From: Elsinoe ampelina
Taxonomy: Eukaryota
Reading direction: 5' to 3'
NCBI GenBank assembly: GCA_010093995.1
Contig: ML992507.1
Location: forward strand, 1,237,868 to 1,301,867
Length of the DNA stretch: 64,000 nt
The notes beneath the pieces are model-generated. The model was not told the DNA's origin. It did not search any database and saw nothing but the letters and a program-made list of their open reading frames with translations. A program made the position numbers and the translations under genes. This document shows positions 10,561-23,415 of this stretch, piece by piece (position 1 is the stretch's first letter; every line of letters starts with the position of its first letter).

Positions 10561-12639
10561 TTAATCGTCATCCGAGTCGTCGCCGAACACAGCCTTGAAC
10601 AGCTCATCCCCCGCCCTCTGCGCTTCCAACGCTTCATTGCTCTCAACATTGACCTCTGCAAACTCTCTTCTGGGTTGTTCAACCTCGCTCGACTCCTCGT
10701 CTCCCTTTCTCGCACTACTGCCAGCTTCTCGCATCATCTCCTCCATAGTCTCCTTCCCCACAACGTCAAACCTGTCCTTCACTCTATCCTTCTCGCCTGC
10801 TGGCGGGCCATGTAGCACATGGTCTGGTGCTTTGACACCGAATCTCTTACACAAGAGTCGGGTCGGGTAGAACAACATCGTGCTCCTCGTCAGTGGCCCG
10901 AACATGCCCATCTTGGCTGCTTCTTCTGCCGGGTCTTTCACCTTGTCGTCGTGACTGGCCCTTTCACTTGTCTCCAGCTGGTCAGAGGCTTTCTTCGGCC
11001 CTTCACTCGACTTTGCAGAAGTAAATCGGCTTGCCATTAGGCCACTGACAGGCTTAAAGACCCTTGCAGCTGCTTCGAACTCTCTCATCTCTGCCGCCCA
11101 TTCGTCCTGCTCGCTACCCTCCTTGCGTTCTGGTAGTCCAGGTCTCGATCCTGTCATCACTTCCAGAAATGCTCTATAGCGACCACGCTTACCCTCATCC
11201 TCACCGTAGGGCATCCAGCCGCTTTTGCCGCGATCCAACGCAGCCTGAGCGGTAGCGCGATCAAGGCGAGCTACAAGATCCCACATGCTCTTCGCCTTGG
11301 CCGCAGGAGTCGCTTCGTAGCCAGGTGGAGGTGCCTCGCCACGGCCTTGGGGTAATGACGCACCAGATACAGCAACGAGACGGTCCCGGGCCGCTGGCGA
11401 GATGAAGTCGAAGACGGATTTACCCGGAAGCGCAGTCTCACCGAGAAGTTGGGAGCGTGCAGAAGGATCAAGAGTAGATGACTTCGCTGCTTCGGTGGTG
11501 GATGGTAACTTCTTGCTGGGTTCTGCTAACCGCGACGGCTTCCATCCCTCGGGTACCGGAGGTGGAGCATACTTGCTCGTGTCGTTCAGAGTCAGAGCTG
11601 AAGCCGCAAGGATGAAGCCGTCCAAGGGTAGCTTCCCATCATGACAGCGCCGATAATTGTTAGTCCGTGACTGATTTGTCAACTTCTGCGACAAAAACAC
11701 GGGCTTTGATACGTTGCCAGTAGTGGTCGCAGTGATGCCACCTCTTTTCTTCTTGCGATCACCTCCGATAATCTTGTTGTAGGAGATCTTGGGACCGATG
11801 GAATATGGGTCCTCATCATCGGATCCAGTATCATTCAAGACACCCACACCGAATCCCGTCTTCTTCGGCTTGTTCTTCTTTTGAGCAGGTCTCTTGATAT
11901 GGAAAGTGTCTGACTCGGAACCAGAGTCGCTCGCCGTGACCGCTTTGGCACCCTTGGATCTGCCTGTTGAAGTGGAGCCTAGTCGCTGTTCACCATGCCA
12001 TCCAAGACCGAATTTGTCAGTCTTCTTGTCGAAGGTGATCATAGAAACGTCGTCTGGGGCGAACAACCGTTCCTCGCCCGTCTCGTCCATGTCGCCTTCG
12101 TCTCCTCTTGGCTTTCGCTTGACTCTGGGACCGATTCCTTGACCAGGTCTCCAACCCATTCGCTGAAGCAGCTTCATCCCCATTGTGTCATGCGGGTCGT
12201 GGAAGAGATCCGACACGAATCCCCGGCGCTTCCCATCCTCTTGAGTCGATCCAAGACCTACGAATCCTGTTTGCGTCTGCAGCTTCTGTGACTCTTGAAG
12301 ATCCGCAAGGTCCTCCTCATCCATAAAATCCTCTGCACGCTGTTCCGTGTCTTTCTGCCTGTCTGCACGGGAGGAGACAAATGTCGATGGTGTCCATCCC
12401 TCTTTTGAGCCTACCGAGTTGAAGTACCCAGCACTAAACCCACCAGTGAATGCGCCATGCAGCCGCTTCCTCCCACGCTCGTCTCGCACTTCTTGCTTCC
12501 AGACTGGAACATAGGTGCCATCATCTCGAGTCTCGGAATCTAGAGGAGGCAGAGGTGTTCCGTAGAAGACATACGGTGGCTGCTGAAGTGATGAGCTCTT
12601 GTCAGCTTCGAAGTCGGTCCGCGACCGCTTGTAAGACAT
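10561..12639 (-). CDS. G-patch domain protein (GPATCH1/DUF1604-like splicing-associated factor)
   Basis: RLHGAFTGGFSAGYFNSVGSKEGWTPSTFVSSR (DUF1604-type), G-patch MGMKLLQRMGWRPGQGIG, FYPTRLLCKRFGV, C-terminal LFKAVFGDDSDDD. Likely start MSYKRSR at 12639. Confidence 0.9.
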   Translation of the reverse strand: MSYKRSRTDFEADKSSSLQQPPYVFYGTPLPPLDSETRDDGTYVPVWKQEVRDERGRKRLHGAFTGGFSAGYFNSVGSKEGWTPSTFVSSRADRQKDTEQRAEDFMDEEDLADLQESQKLQTQTGFVGLGSTQEDGKRRGFVSDLFHDPHDTMGMKLLQRMGWRPGQGIGPRVKRKPRGDEGDMDETGEERLFAPDDVSMITFDKKTDKFGLGWHGEQRLGSTSTGRSKGAKAVTASDSGSESDTFHIKRPAQKKNKPKKTGFGVGVLNDTGSDDEDPYSIGPKISYNKIIGGDRKKKRGGITATTTGNVSKPVFLSQKLTNQSRTNNYRRCHDGKLPLDGFILAASALTLNDTSKYAPPPVPEGWKPSRLAEPSKKLPSTTEAAKSSTLDPSARSQLLGETALPGKSVFDFISPAARDRLVAVSGASLPQGRGEAPPPGYEATPAAKAKSMWDLVARLDRATAQAALDRGKSGWMPYGEDEGKRGRYRAFLEVMTGSRPGLPERKEGSEQDEWAAEMREFEAAARVFKPVSGLMASRFTSAKSSEGPKKASDQLETSERASHDDKVKDPAEEAAKMGMFGPLTRSTMLFYPTRLLCKRFGVKAPDHVLHGPPAGEKDRVKDRFDVVGKETMEEMMREAGSSARKGDEESSEVEQPRREFAEVNVESNEALEAQRAGDELFKAVFGDDSDDD

Positions 12640-13618
12640 GGCATGAACTGATGTACTGGTCAAGTATTGAAGTGGACATTTTTGCCGTGATAGGCCGAGA
12701 AGACCTACGTAGTTGTGAACTACCTTGCCATGAATGGCCTCAGTCAATCGTATCGACTTTGCAGTATCATATGACGGTCCGTGGAATGATTGCCAAGTCA
12801 GTCGAGATATTGAATGATGTAAAGGTGGGATATCAAAGTCGGTGCCTGGAAGTCATTGAAGGGCAAGGTTTGAGACTCCGGGATCTGCAGTGGGTCTTCG
12901 AAAGTGGGAGAGATTCCCAAATGTCCAAGACGACAATGACGATCGAAGAAAAGACGGACGAGAACTTGGAAGAGTAAATGCAACCGCTTAGAAGATTGCT
13001 CTTCGCACAACCCAGTGATAACAAAATTGGGACACAATTAGCTCGACAATGGTAGATGAAGTCCAGCAAACGAACACGAGTCATGCACATATACCTGACG
13101 ATTGCCGTGTTAAGTAGTTAATATCTGGGTCAACCCAAGCGATTTCCCATGTCCCTGAAATGAAGAAGCTCTCCTCTGGCTTGGATTGGCAAGAAGCAGA
13201 CGCGTACTCGAACGATCTTCGCTAGTCGTCCATCATTCTTGACCACAAGATTTCTTCCATGATCTGTTCGTGTTAGACAGCTGCCCAGCCATCTCACAAG
13301 AACAGACTGGCATTACCCCATCTGTTGCATCCCTACCAACCTCGACCCATCACTCATTCGGTACTGGCCCTCAAACAACCAACAACATTTCGCCCGCCAT
13401 TGCTGGACATGCCGTAGCATAGAAATCCACATTCCAACAGTCGCTCAAACCGTTTAGCGTCACCTCAGCTTCAGACATCTCCAGCACTCCTTCAACGGTT
13501 GCGACACGCTGCATCTCCTCAAGGGCCCTTTTTGATCCAAAATACGACATTCGCAATTCGTCCTGGACACCACATAAATCGCCCGCTGCTTGAGTAGCAG
13601 TGGCTGGGTGTGGCAGCA

Positions 13619-16600
13619 ATGTCCACCGCTACTTCTCAGGCTCCGCTGAGGAGCCATTCGACGCGACGACACGGCTTCACACCATCTGCCGAAAGACCGA
13701 ATGCGCCCCCATCACCGAGAGCTTCTGGTTCAGAGGGCCCGAGGCGGTCAATGTCTTTACCTCAAGGATCTGTACCGCCATCACACAGTCGATCAACGTC
13801 AGGTGCGGGGGGCAACCTGAACAATGTTGCGCAACGAGATGTCGAGCAAACGAACCTCGCGCGACCGTCAACAGCACATCGGAGCGATAGCAGAGATCGA
13901 CCGTCAAGAGAAGGAGGAGTCTCCAGAAGCGAGTCTAGACGTGGTCCGCCATCATCGTCACGGCATGGAGGGCACAGTAGGCAGCAATCAGAGGCAGCCA
14001 CTGCCAATGGAAGTGAGCATGCTAGCTCCTCGAGACAGGGAGACTCATCGCACGCCCCACGACGAAGGACGACTGTGGATGCAAAGTCAGGTACCTGGGA
14101 GCTGGGCAAGACAATTGGCGCTGGAAGTATGGGCAAAGTGAAGCTTGCCAGACACAAGGATACCCATGAGCAGGTTCGTAATGAGTCGTGGTCGGATAGC
14201 ATTGTCTAACCTTACACAGGTCGCTGTCAAAATCATCCCACGACAATCGACCGACGATCACAAAACTGCTGCCGAGAAAGAGCGAGCCGATCATTCAAAG
14301 GAAGTCCGTACCTCGAGAGAGGCTGCTATTGTCACACTCGTCGACCATCCCTACATCTGTGGCATGAAAGATTATGTCAAGACAAAATATCACTGGTACA
14401 TGCTCTTCGAGTACGTCAATGGAGGACAGATGCTCGACTACATCATTTCCCATGGCAGGCTCAAGGAGAAACAAGCCCGCAAGTTCGGCAGGCAGATTGC
14501 TAGCGCTTTGGACTACTGTCACCGCAATAATATTGTACACCGCGACTTGAAGATTGAGAATATACTCATCAGTAAGACTGGAGATATCAAGATCATCGAC
14601 TTTGGCCTCAGCAATACCTTTACCCCGAAAGGTCACCTGAAGACATTTTGCGGCTCACTGTATTTCGCGGCTCCGGAACTTTTGCAAGCAAAGCAATACA
14701 CGGGTCCAGAGGTGGATGTGTGGAGTTTTGGCATTGTCCTGTACGTTCTTGTTTGCGGCAAGGTGCCGTTTGACGACCAGAGCATGCCGCAATTACATGC
14801 AAAGATCAAAAAGGGTCACGTGGAGTACCCGCCGTGGCTTACTAACGGTGAGTGGCCTTCAAACTAGATTGAAGCCAGTAGCTAATATATCCCAGAATGC
14901 CGATCACTCATCGCACGCATGCTCCAGACAGACCCGAATCAACGAGCAACCATGTCAGAGATCATGAATCACCCATGGATGACAAAGGGCTTTGGAGGAC
15001 CACCTGACAACTTCTTACCGCCACGACGACCCTTGACTCTTCCTCTCGAACGATCCATCATTCGCAAGATGGATGGCTTCGACTTTGGATCTGCTCTTAA
15101 CGTGGAGGAACAGTTGTCGAAGATTGTCGACGGCGAGGAATATCAACGTGCAATCAGGAACTTCGAGAAGAAGCAGAACATGCCGACGCCAGAGGTCGAA
15201 CGCAAACGTGGCGTGTTTGACTTTTACAAACGACGCAATTCACTTAGTAGGGATACTCTGAACTCAAGCTCGTCAGAGGCTGTGCAATGGGGTCAGGATC
15301 CGGTCAATGCGTTCCATCCTCTAGTATCAGTCTACTTCTTGGCCAGGGAGAAGATGGAAAGGGAGAGAGGCATACCGCCAGGTTCTGTACCAGCGGAGGA
15401 GAAGCCGTTGCCGGAGAAGCCGCCTTCGGAGAAGACTACTCCTACGTTGACCGCACCCGAGGCAGCTTACACCAACCCTGCGACATACGAAATGGCTGGT
15501 GAAGCACCAACAGGTGGCAGATCACGACCGAGAGCGAGAACACACGGTCAAGATGAGGTTGCAGAAGACCTCAAACATGTTAAGATTGAAGATCCCGCAA
15601 CTCAAGCGCCACCACCTCAAGTCATCACTCCACCAGAACCACCACAGCCGAGGAAGGAGAGCACGGCTGCTGGTATCTTCCGCAAGCTTAGTACAAGGAG
15701 ACATAGGGATCACCCACCACCTTCGCTTGCAGTCCAATCTCCAGAAGAGCCCGTACCTGCAGTACCTAGGAAGAGCTTCAGCATACGTAGGAGAGATCGG
15801 AGCGCCACCAGGCAGAGCCCAGGAGAGCAACCGCCTCCCGAGTCAAATCTTCTCTACCCGCCTGAGGAAGCAGCGAAGAGACGTGGCCTCGGTAGATCGA
15901 CTAGTGTCAATTCTGCTGATATCAGGCGGAAGCTTGCTAAGCGAGCAGCTCCCGAGAACAATTCGCTTTGGCCAACAAAGACGCCTCCAAGCAAGCGAAA
16001 AGTGTCAACGGATGCTGGCACTGCTAATGATGGCACATCTGATGTCGACACACCGCAGTCTGCGCCGCAAGCTGCATCGCGGACAAAGAGCTTGGGTCAT
16101 GCTCGTAAGGAGAGCATACAACGTCGCCGACAACAACGACAAGCATCGAGGGCGGCTGATGTACCAGAGGAGACTGATGCAGAGATGGCTGGCCACGACG
16201 ATGATGATGCCGACTTTACCGCCAATGAGGGTTCGCCAGGTGGCATTCGACCAGTCTTCCTGAAGGGACTGTTCAGTGTAAGCACAACATCAAGCAAGCC
16301 TTACAAGGTCATCGAAGCCGATCTCGTCCGTGTGCTACGGAAGTTCGGTGTCCAATACATCAGTAACGGCAAGGGTGGATTCAAGTGCAAGTACACGGCC
16401 GGCCTCAATATCAACACCGCAGGCACTGTCGACGAAAAGGCTCCACAAATTGAGACACCAGCTGGGATCAAAGATCACCGCCGCAAATTGAGCTTCAGTT
16501 TCATGAGTGGTGGAGAGGAGAAAGATAAGGAGCCCCGAACACCCCGCAGCCGCCGTCCAGCCGATGTCAGCGATGAAGACATGATGGAGAGCGAGGCAGA

Positions 16601-16865
16601 CGACGCCACCACGCCAGCTGCAGAGAGACGCATTCAGTTCAGCAGCCCGACCATGACGCCTAGTGAGAGGAAGGACAGACCTGCAGGCGAGACCAGCACC
16701 CATGTGCAGAATGATCTAGGCACCAACCAGGACTTGAGGTTTGAAATTTTTGTCGTGAAGGTTCCGCTACTGAGCCTTCATGGTATTCAGTTCAAGAAAG
16801 TTGATGGCGGGACGTGGCAGTATAAAGCTATGGCGCAGAGGATATTGGACGAGTTGAAACTGTAG
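13619..16865 (+). CDS. KIN1: Ser/Thr kinase Kin1/Kin2 (PAR-1/MARK family), 3 exons (13619-14173, 14220-14847, 14896-16865)
   Basis: [26 protein letters not shown] and [13 protein letters not shown]-terminal KA1 domain ([15 protein letters not shown] ... [23 protein letters not shown]). Two canonical introns restore the frame. Confidence 0.95.
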
Positions 16866-17416
16866 CCTTGACGGGACTTGGTGAGGAAGGATTGGAAGGG
16901 GGATAATCGTGTTTGTGGAAAGACATGGAGTAGTTGTTCATGGCTATGATAGCATCTCGCTATTAGAAGGATACGTAATGACTCTATTGTACTCAGTAGC
17001 GCTGTCTTGAATAGACATGCAGGCTCAATGCAATACATTGAAAGACTGTGTGTCGAATGCCTGTCCGATGCTTTTATATGACCGGACCACGCAACAGAAG
17101 TGCAGATCCAGAGGTTTGCCTCTTTTAAACGCCATCTATTGATACCGACTGCCCCTCAGGGCGGAAATGGTCACCCTCCCCTAGAAAACGTGGAGCCGAC
17201 CCCGCCCTCCACATCCCCCCGACCACGACCAACACCCCGCGTAAGCAGGACGCCTCACCTTTGTAAAGCCTCACTTCCACAACCTCCAAAATCAGCACGA
17301 TGTAGCCTACCTTCCGGGCCCCAATCGCACTCCCTCCCTCCAGCAACCCTCACTCACAACCTCTCAACAACCCAATAGCCCCCACCTCGCTCGCATCTCC
17401 CTAGCTTCCACCCGCC

Positions 17417-17987
17417 ATGGCCTCCCCTTCCCACGCCACCCTCCCCCCGGGCTCGCGAATCCAAGGCTACGCCCACACGGGACTCACGGTCCGCTCCCTC
17501 TCCCGCTCCCTGCACTTCTGGACCCACGTCCTCTCCCTCCCCTTGCTCTTCCGCGCCACCCTCTCCGGTCCCGGCACGAGCACCATCCCCGGCGCCCCCG
17601 CCGGCAGCGTGGTGCGGATCGCGTTCGTGGGACTGCCGCAGTGTCCGCTTGCGGGGGGCGTGGAGGGGGGGGATGAGTCAGTTGGAACTGGTGGAGTTTG
17701 AGCTGCCTGAGGGGGTGGGGGAGGGGGAGAAGGGGAGGGGATTGGGGGGGAGGAGTTGGGATTGGGGGATGATGCATGTCGCGGTGTTTGTGGAGGGGTT
17801 GGATGGGATTTTGGAGAGGGTTGTAGGGGAGGGGAAGGAGGGGGAGGAGGGGTGGGGGATTGTGGGGGGCGTGTATGAGATGGGGGAGGGGGATCCGGAG
17901 GCGATAAGGGGTCAGAGGGTGGTTTATATTAGGGGCCCGGATGGGGAGACGGTGGAGTTGATTGAGTTGCCGAAGAAGGAGGGGTGA
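17417..17987 (+). CDS. VOC/glyoxalase-bleomycin-resistance family protein, split by an apparent one-base frameshift in a G run
   Basis: N-half HTGLTVRSLSRSLHFW (ORF 17417) and C-half LELVEF...HVAVFVEGLD...VVYIRGPDGETVELIE (ORF to 17987) are the two halves of one VOC fold. Removing one G from G8 at 17665-17672 (or G6 at 17653-17658) joins them. Confidence 0.8.
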
Positions 17988-18109
17988 TTGGAGAGGTGGA
18001 GGAGGATAGTTGGAATTAGATGTATGCCCAGCGACGCCCCAGTCTATGTAAATGTGAGGGATATGGTAGGATGAGAGCTAGCGGTGGTTCGTGATATGAT
18101 CGAGGGTCT

Positions 18110-19017
18110 TCAAACCTCTCCTCCGTCGACCCTATCGGCATTGTTATCCCTGTGAGCGTTCTCCTTGCTGTTATCATCTTGACCTGGGTTGGCATCCTCG
18201 TAGTGCAGGTACTTTATGAAGGAGTAGTAGCCAGCGGCGATGGCTGCGCCCAAGAATGGACCGACCCAGTAGATCCAATGATATCCTTCAAAGGACGCAT
18301 CTGCAACGCATGGCCCGAAACTACGAGCGGGGTTCAAGCTTCCTCCTGTGTAGTAGACGCCTGCAATTTCAGCCACGAAGAGCGATAGTCCGATACCGAT
18401 AGGGGCAATGAAGGTGTCCTTGCTCTTCTCGGCGGCCAGCATGAGTACCGTCAACGTCAATTGAGCTGTCAGGAACATCTCGAAGAAGACTCCTCGAGCG
18501 ATGGTCATGCCAGGTGCGAGTCTGGTTCTAGTCCTTTCGATACCTCCGGGAGTCATCGACTCAACTAGGGCGGCGGCGCAGATAGCACCAAGGAGTTGTG
18601 CTGGGAAGAAGAGGAGGCCGCGAACCCAAGAGAGGTTCCTTGTGATACAAAGGGCGAAGGTGATGCTTGTACAAGTTAGCCACCATATAGCCAAGCACAT
18701 TGGTTGTCTGGTTACGCCGGGTTGAAGAGACCTCCACTGACTCTGTACAGCGTCCATACTGTCACCAAAAGGGAAAAGCCATAAGCCATGGCAATGTATA
18801 TGACGGTCTGAGCGCTGACTGTGCCATTTGGTCCAGTCTGTCCCGCTTGATCGACTGCCATCTGGTGGCCTGCATAGGCAAAGTACAGGAATAAAAATGT
18901 TCCGACGAACTCGGATGTCGTAGCGACCAAGTGGTTCTTCCATGCTGATCGTTCTGATGCTGCTCTCCGTCCACCTTTGACTCTGTCAACTGGTCCATCA
19001 ATGTAGTTGCGAGGCAT
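18110..19017 (-). CDS. Aquaporin (MIP family), 2 exons (19017-18716, 18665-18110)
   Basis: SEFVGTFLFL; SGGLFNPA split by a 50-nt GTAACC...GCTAAC...AAG intron; FFEMFLTAQL; GGSLNPARSFGP; HWIYWVGP. Confidence 0.93.
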
Positions 19018-19969
19018 CTTGAAGGTGTGTGAGGTGTCTCAGATTGGAGAGATTAGGTTCAATGTCAAAAAAGGTGACAGGTCTGAAGGATTGTTAGCCA
19101 GGGACAGACCTGGTAAAGTAGTAGAAAAGAAGCAAGCACTTCAACGGAGGACAGTAAAGATGACGTGAAAGGATCCCACTGTGACCATATCCTCACCACG
19201 AAATTGTGGACGGAAGGGAGCATGACAAGTTTGTGATGATCTCGATGACACCAAATTGGTGATCCTCTCCATGCTGATCCGGTAGTATGGTAATCTACCA
19301 AATACTCAATGGCGTTTGCCAAAATCGACCGGGATGGGCCTTGCAATGTCTCGAAGCGTGAGCCATGACGAAGAAATGATTCCAAACACGGCACGCGGTT
19401 TGCGAACAGGGACGAGAGCTGATCCAGGACCGAGTGTCCGGGCTCGCCCAAACGTGCTGGCATGTGCACATGGCTGCGATCATCGCTTCTTCATATGGCG
19501 GCTCCGTGTCTGTACATGATACTCGCAGTGGGATGTTGACGGCGTGTTGATGAGGAGTGGAAGGTCATGTTAACGAAGGAGCGAATGCTACCGAGTCCAT
19601 TCGTCACACCTAGCACGCGCCTACATCACAATGGGATCGATAGCAAGGCCGGCACTGCGAGTAGTTCTGTCGAATGGGCGAGTGACAACAGATTCAAGCT
19701 GTTTCCAGAGCTTGGAGAGATGGACATCGCATGGAAAGGCGTTCAAGCATTGACCTCGGCTCAAATTTCATGAATCGCGTCTGCTTTCAGGACTGCGCAC
19801 GTGAGAGTTGACATGAGTCGAGTTCGGGCAGAACCGCCACGGATCTTAACTCCGAAAGAATCCGGGGCATGACCCTCGATCGCCACAGTGACTCCGCCTC
19901 TCTTCCTTCTCTCTCATACAATACCAATCTCCGCTCCTAGTCAACTAGGAATTCAAGCAACTTGTCACG

Positions 19970-21338
19970 ATGCCTCCGCTAGCCGGCTATTGGCATAGCC
20001 TGCTGGCGAAGCACGGGCATGTCTGGAAGTGAGCATCGTCCTTCAGCCATCCCCAGGCAACCACAATGCTAACATCCTTGCAGAGCAGCCTACAAAGAAG
20101 CCTCAAAGGCTGTCAAGGCGAAGCTTACCGGACGTGTTCCAGCTCAGGTCGAATTTGTCTACGCCAAAGTCCCAGTACGCCAGTCCGTCCACCCCGTCGC
20201 CCGCATACGTCAAGGCCAGAGCGGATGGCTTCAAAGCAAGCGATACTTTCACAACGCGGTGAGATACATCACCACCGCTTCTGAAGCCAACGCTAGCCGG
20301 ACCCGGGCCTCGATCAACTCCGCCACATGGACCGCCATCAAGCAATCTCCAGGACGCGCTCCTTTTGCTTCCACGCTTCGACCTAATCTCACCGGCGGAA
20401 CACTCGGCAGGACAGCAGGAGGATACACCCTTGGTGGAGGAAGAGCTGGAGCGCAGAGATACTTCTCTCACGGCCCCGTGGCCCAGACTCAAGTCGTCCA
20501 GAACGTGTCTCAGGCTGTGAGGGCATTCATGCTCGGTGGTCAAAAGGCGCAGTTCAATGGCGTCAGTCCAGTCACTGGCGAGAAGAGATACAAGGCGGTC
20601 ACTCGTCTCCAACACGATACCGGGAAGAAGATGAGGGAGCTACCTAGGACTACTCCTGGCAGCCACGTCGACTTCAGCATCAACCCCACCGTCACTGCTC
20701 TCACTCCGCTTAAGAACATCCCTGGCTTTGAGGATCAGCAACAGCATTTGAACGCTGAGGGTCTACTTGACATTTTGTCCGCTGATTTCTCCCGAGCTCT
20801 TAAGGAATTGGCTATTGTTCTTTCTGATCTTCGCAAGCTATCAGTCCTTGGCGATCTACCTATCACCTGCCACAATTCATCCCTTCGCATACACTTCCCT
20901 GGCTGTGACAGCGATACTGTCACCAGCCTCTGCGACGAGCTGAACATCCAGCGTGGAATGGTCGTCCAGGATGATGACTTTGACGCTTTCGTGGGTACGG
21001 AAATGGCGCTGCTATTTCCCTTTGCGCCTAGCAAGAGCCCTTCGGAAGCCGACGATCTCTTCTGCGAAAAGCCAGCACTGCCAAGAAAGAAGACCGATCC
21101 TATCGATTGGAAGAACATGCTCACACCAACCGAACGATCCTACGAGTATTCTACCAGATCAGAGAGTGGATTGGAAGAAATGGATGAATTGGAAGAGCAC
21201 AATCCATGGTTCTCCGAAGATGAAGACTACCACTTCAGCGATGAAGTTGTGTCATCATCGCATTCTCCATTGGAGTATCAGGGAATCGAAGGCATCTATC
21301 GCTTCATTGAGCAATGCGATGGTGCCAGGAGGAGGTAG
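19970..21338 (+). CDS. Conserved fungal hypothetical protein, 2 exons (19970-20028, 20084-21338)
   Basis: A GTGAGC...GCTAAC...CAG intron joins MPPLAGYW... in frame to the 359-aa ORF; motifs PFASTLRPNLTGG, RYFSHGP, LGDLPI, LRIHFPGCD and YQGIEGIYRFIE. Confidence 0.8.
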
Positions 21339-22019
21339 GAGGATGTCAGATGAAGGCTACTACTTTGGCGAAAGAATGATACCCTGCTCTTATGTTATAC
21401 GAATCTGAATGCAAGCGACTATTATATCTATTGAAATCATAGACCTGTTTGAGGATTGCCTTTTCCCGTATTCGCCATTCGATTTCACGTGATGACCGTT
21501 GGAGTGCGGCTCCTCCACATGCGCGCAAACGCAAATCGGCACATCCCACCTTTGACCCCCAACCTCACCACAAGGACTCACTTGCCAGATTCCGCTACAC
21601 TGCCATTCTCCAACACCTTACTACGTATCGAGGAACTGTAAAGCGATCAATTGATACACGACTCTCTGATATCTCCGCAATCAATCCTGGAGGCGCGACC
21701 AGCTGACCGATTATCAAATTCCACCACGACCCCACTCCTGCCCACGTATACCATACCCCGCTGAAGATGACGGCGCGAGACCACAGTCACACCTGAGAGA
21801 AGACATTCAACATTCAAAGCTGTCATCGGCAGCACCAGTGCGCATACTACACGACAGCGCTGGGCGAAAGAGCTAGCTTGGGAACAGGACAAACATCCAT
21901 ACCTCGCAAGGCCCACCACTCGTCCGGCGCAACAAGAGCGCTCAATCACACATACCGCCGTTCACTTTGCGAGGCCAACATCTCATCTCCCAGTCCACTC
22001 ACCCCGCCCACCACCCACC

Positions 22020-23108
22020 ATGTCCTCCTCCTCCGAAGCCTCCGAATCCTGGATCTCCGCCTTCTGCTCCCTCGTGGGCCACGAATACTTCGCCGAAGTC
22101 AGCGAAGAATTCATCGAAGACGACTTCAACCTGACAGGTCTCCAATCGCAAGCGCCCATGTACAAAGAAGCCCTCGAAATGATCCTCGACGTCGAGCCGG
22201 AAACCGACGACTACAGCGGCGCCTCGGACCTGCCCTCAGACGACGACGCATCGGCTTCAGGTGAAGAATACAGGGAGTTCGCCCGTGAGGAACGCCGACA
22301 GGCACGCATAGCGAGTGATTACAGTATGATCGAGAGCTCGGCGGAGTTGTTGTACGGGCTGATTCATCAGCGCTTCATCACTTCGAGGCAGGGCATTCAG
22401 CAGATGTTGGAAAAATACGAACACGGTCACTTTGGCGCCTGCCCAAGGGTGTTCTGTCGCGGGGCAAAGGTGCTGCCTGTGGGAACGAGCGATATCCCGG
22501 GGCAAGACACGGTGAAGCTCTTCTGCCCTGCGTGTCTCGACGTGTACGCCCCACCGAACAGCAGATTCCAAGGCGTGGACGGCGCCTTCTTCGGCACGAC
22601 ATTCGGGTGTCTATTCTTCATGACCTTCCCGGAGCTGGACGTGGCGGGGACGCGAGCGGTGGAGAACGGGGAGAAGGTACCCGAGGTCGCGGAACGAGAA
22701 AAGGGCCAGGTGGTGAATGGGGTCGCGGTGGCGAATCTAGCGCCGGGGTTGGGGAGGGGGAGTCTGTTCGAGCCGAGGATTTATGGGTTCAGGGTGAGTG
22801 AGTTGGCCAAGTCGGGGCCGAGGATGAAGTGGTTGAGGATGAAGCCTGAGAAGGTGGTGGAGTTGGACGAGGTCGCGATTTGGGAGAGTCGGATGGAGGG
22901 GTTTGAGGAGGTGGGGACGGCAGGGGAGGGGAAGGAGGTAGAAGGCGATGAGGATAGGGATGAGGGGATATTAGATGGGGATGAGGAGGACGATGATGAG
23001 GAGGAAGAGGAAGAAGAGGAAGGTGGTCAGGCGCAAGGGGAGGTGGTGGATGATGGGTCGGGGAAGGGGAAGAAGGCGAGGCGGCGGGCGAATGGGGAGG
23101 TGAGATGA
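22020..23108 (+). CDS. CKB1: Casein kinase II regulatory beta subunit
   Basis: SWISAFCSLVGHEYFAEVSEEFIEDDFNLTGL, LYGLIHQRFITSRQG, zinc ribbon CPRVFC...CPAC, DGAFFGTTF and PRIYGFRV. Confidence 0.95.
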   Translation: MSSSSEASESWISAFCSLVGHEYFAEVSEEFIEDDFNLTGLQSQAPMYKEALEMILDVEPETDDYSGASDLPSDDDASASGEEYREFAREERRQARIASDYSMIESSAELLYGLIHQRFITSRQGIQQMLEKYEHGHFGACPRVFCRGAKVLPVGTSDIPGQDTVKLFCPACLDVYAPPNSRFQGVDGAFFGTTFGCLFFMTFPELDVAGTRAVENGEKVPEVAEREKGQVVNGVAVANLAPGLGRGSLFEPRIYGFRVSELAKSGPRMKWLRMKPEKVVELDEVAIWESRMEGFEEVGTAGEGKEVEGDEDRDEGILDGDEEDDDEEEEEEEEGGQAQGEVVDDGSGKGKKARRRANGEVR

Positions 23109-23350
23109 TGCCAGCAAGGGAGGGGAGATGATTTGATGGGAGACCAAGGCATGGAGATGAGTTCACGAGATCGATACCTCTTTCACTTTTTGCTTCTTGG
23201 ACTCACAAGCTTCTCGAAGATATTATTTTTTGATTAGATAGCCAAACGGAGGAGGGAAACAGACTTGCATTAGCATGGATGAGGAGTCGATACGATGGCT
23301 GGCATGGATATGCATTCGATACTTTTGCCAATTGAAGCTGTCGCTGATGG

Positions 23351-23377
23351 ATATGCAATATGCAATATGCAATATGC
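23351..23377. repeat. Short tandem repeat, about 4 copies of ATATGCA
   Basis: atatgcaatatgcaatatgcaatatgc in the convergent 3' region between CKB1 and LEO1. Confidence 0.8.
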
Positions 23378-23415
23378 TTGACGTGCTTGCTCCCTGCTGG
23401 TCTGCCTCTCCGCAA

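Noticed and set aside
12450..12977. 175-aa ORF between the G-patch gene and KIN1
   Set aside because: Partly antisense to the G-patch gene with no motif; a small gene at 12770-12977 cannot be excluded but is unsupported.
17641..17665. 25-nt GT...AG segment whose removal would fix the VOC frameshift
   Set aside because: Much shorter than other introns here (46 nt or more), with a poor donor and no branch site.
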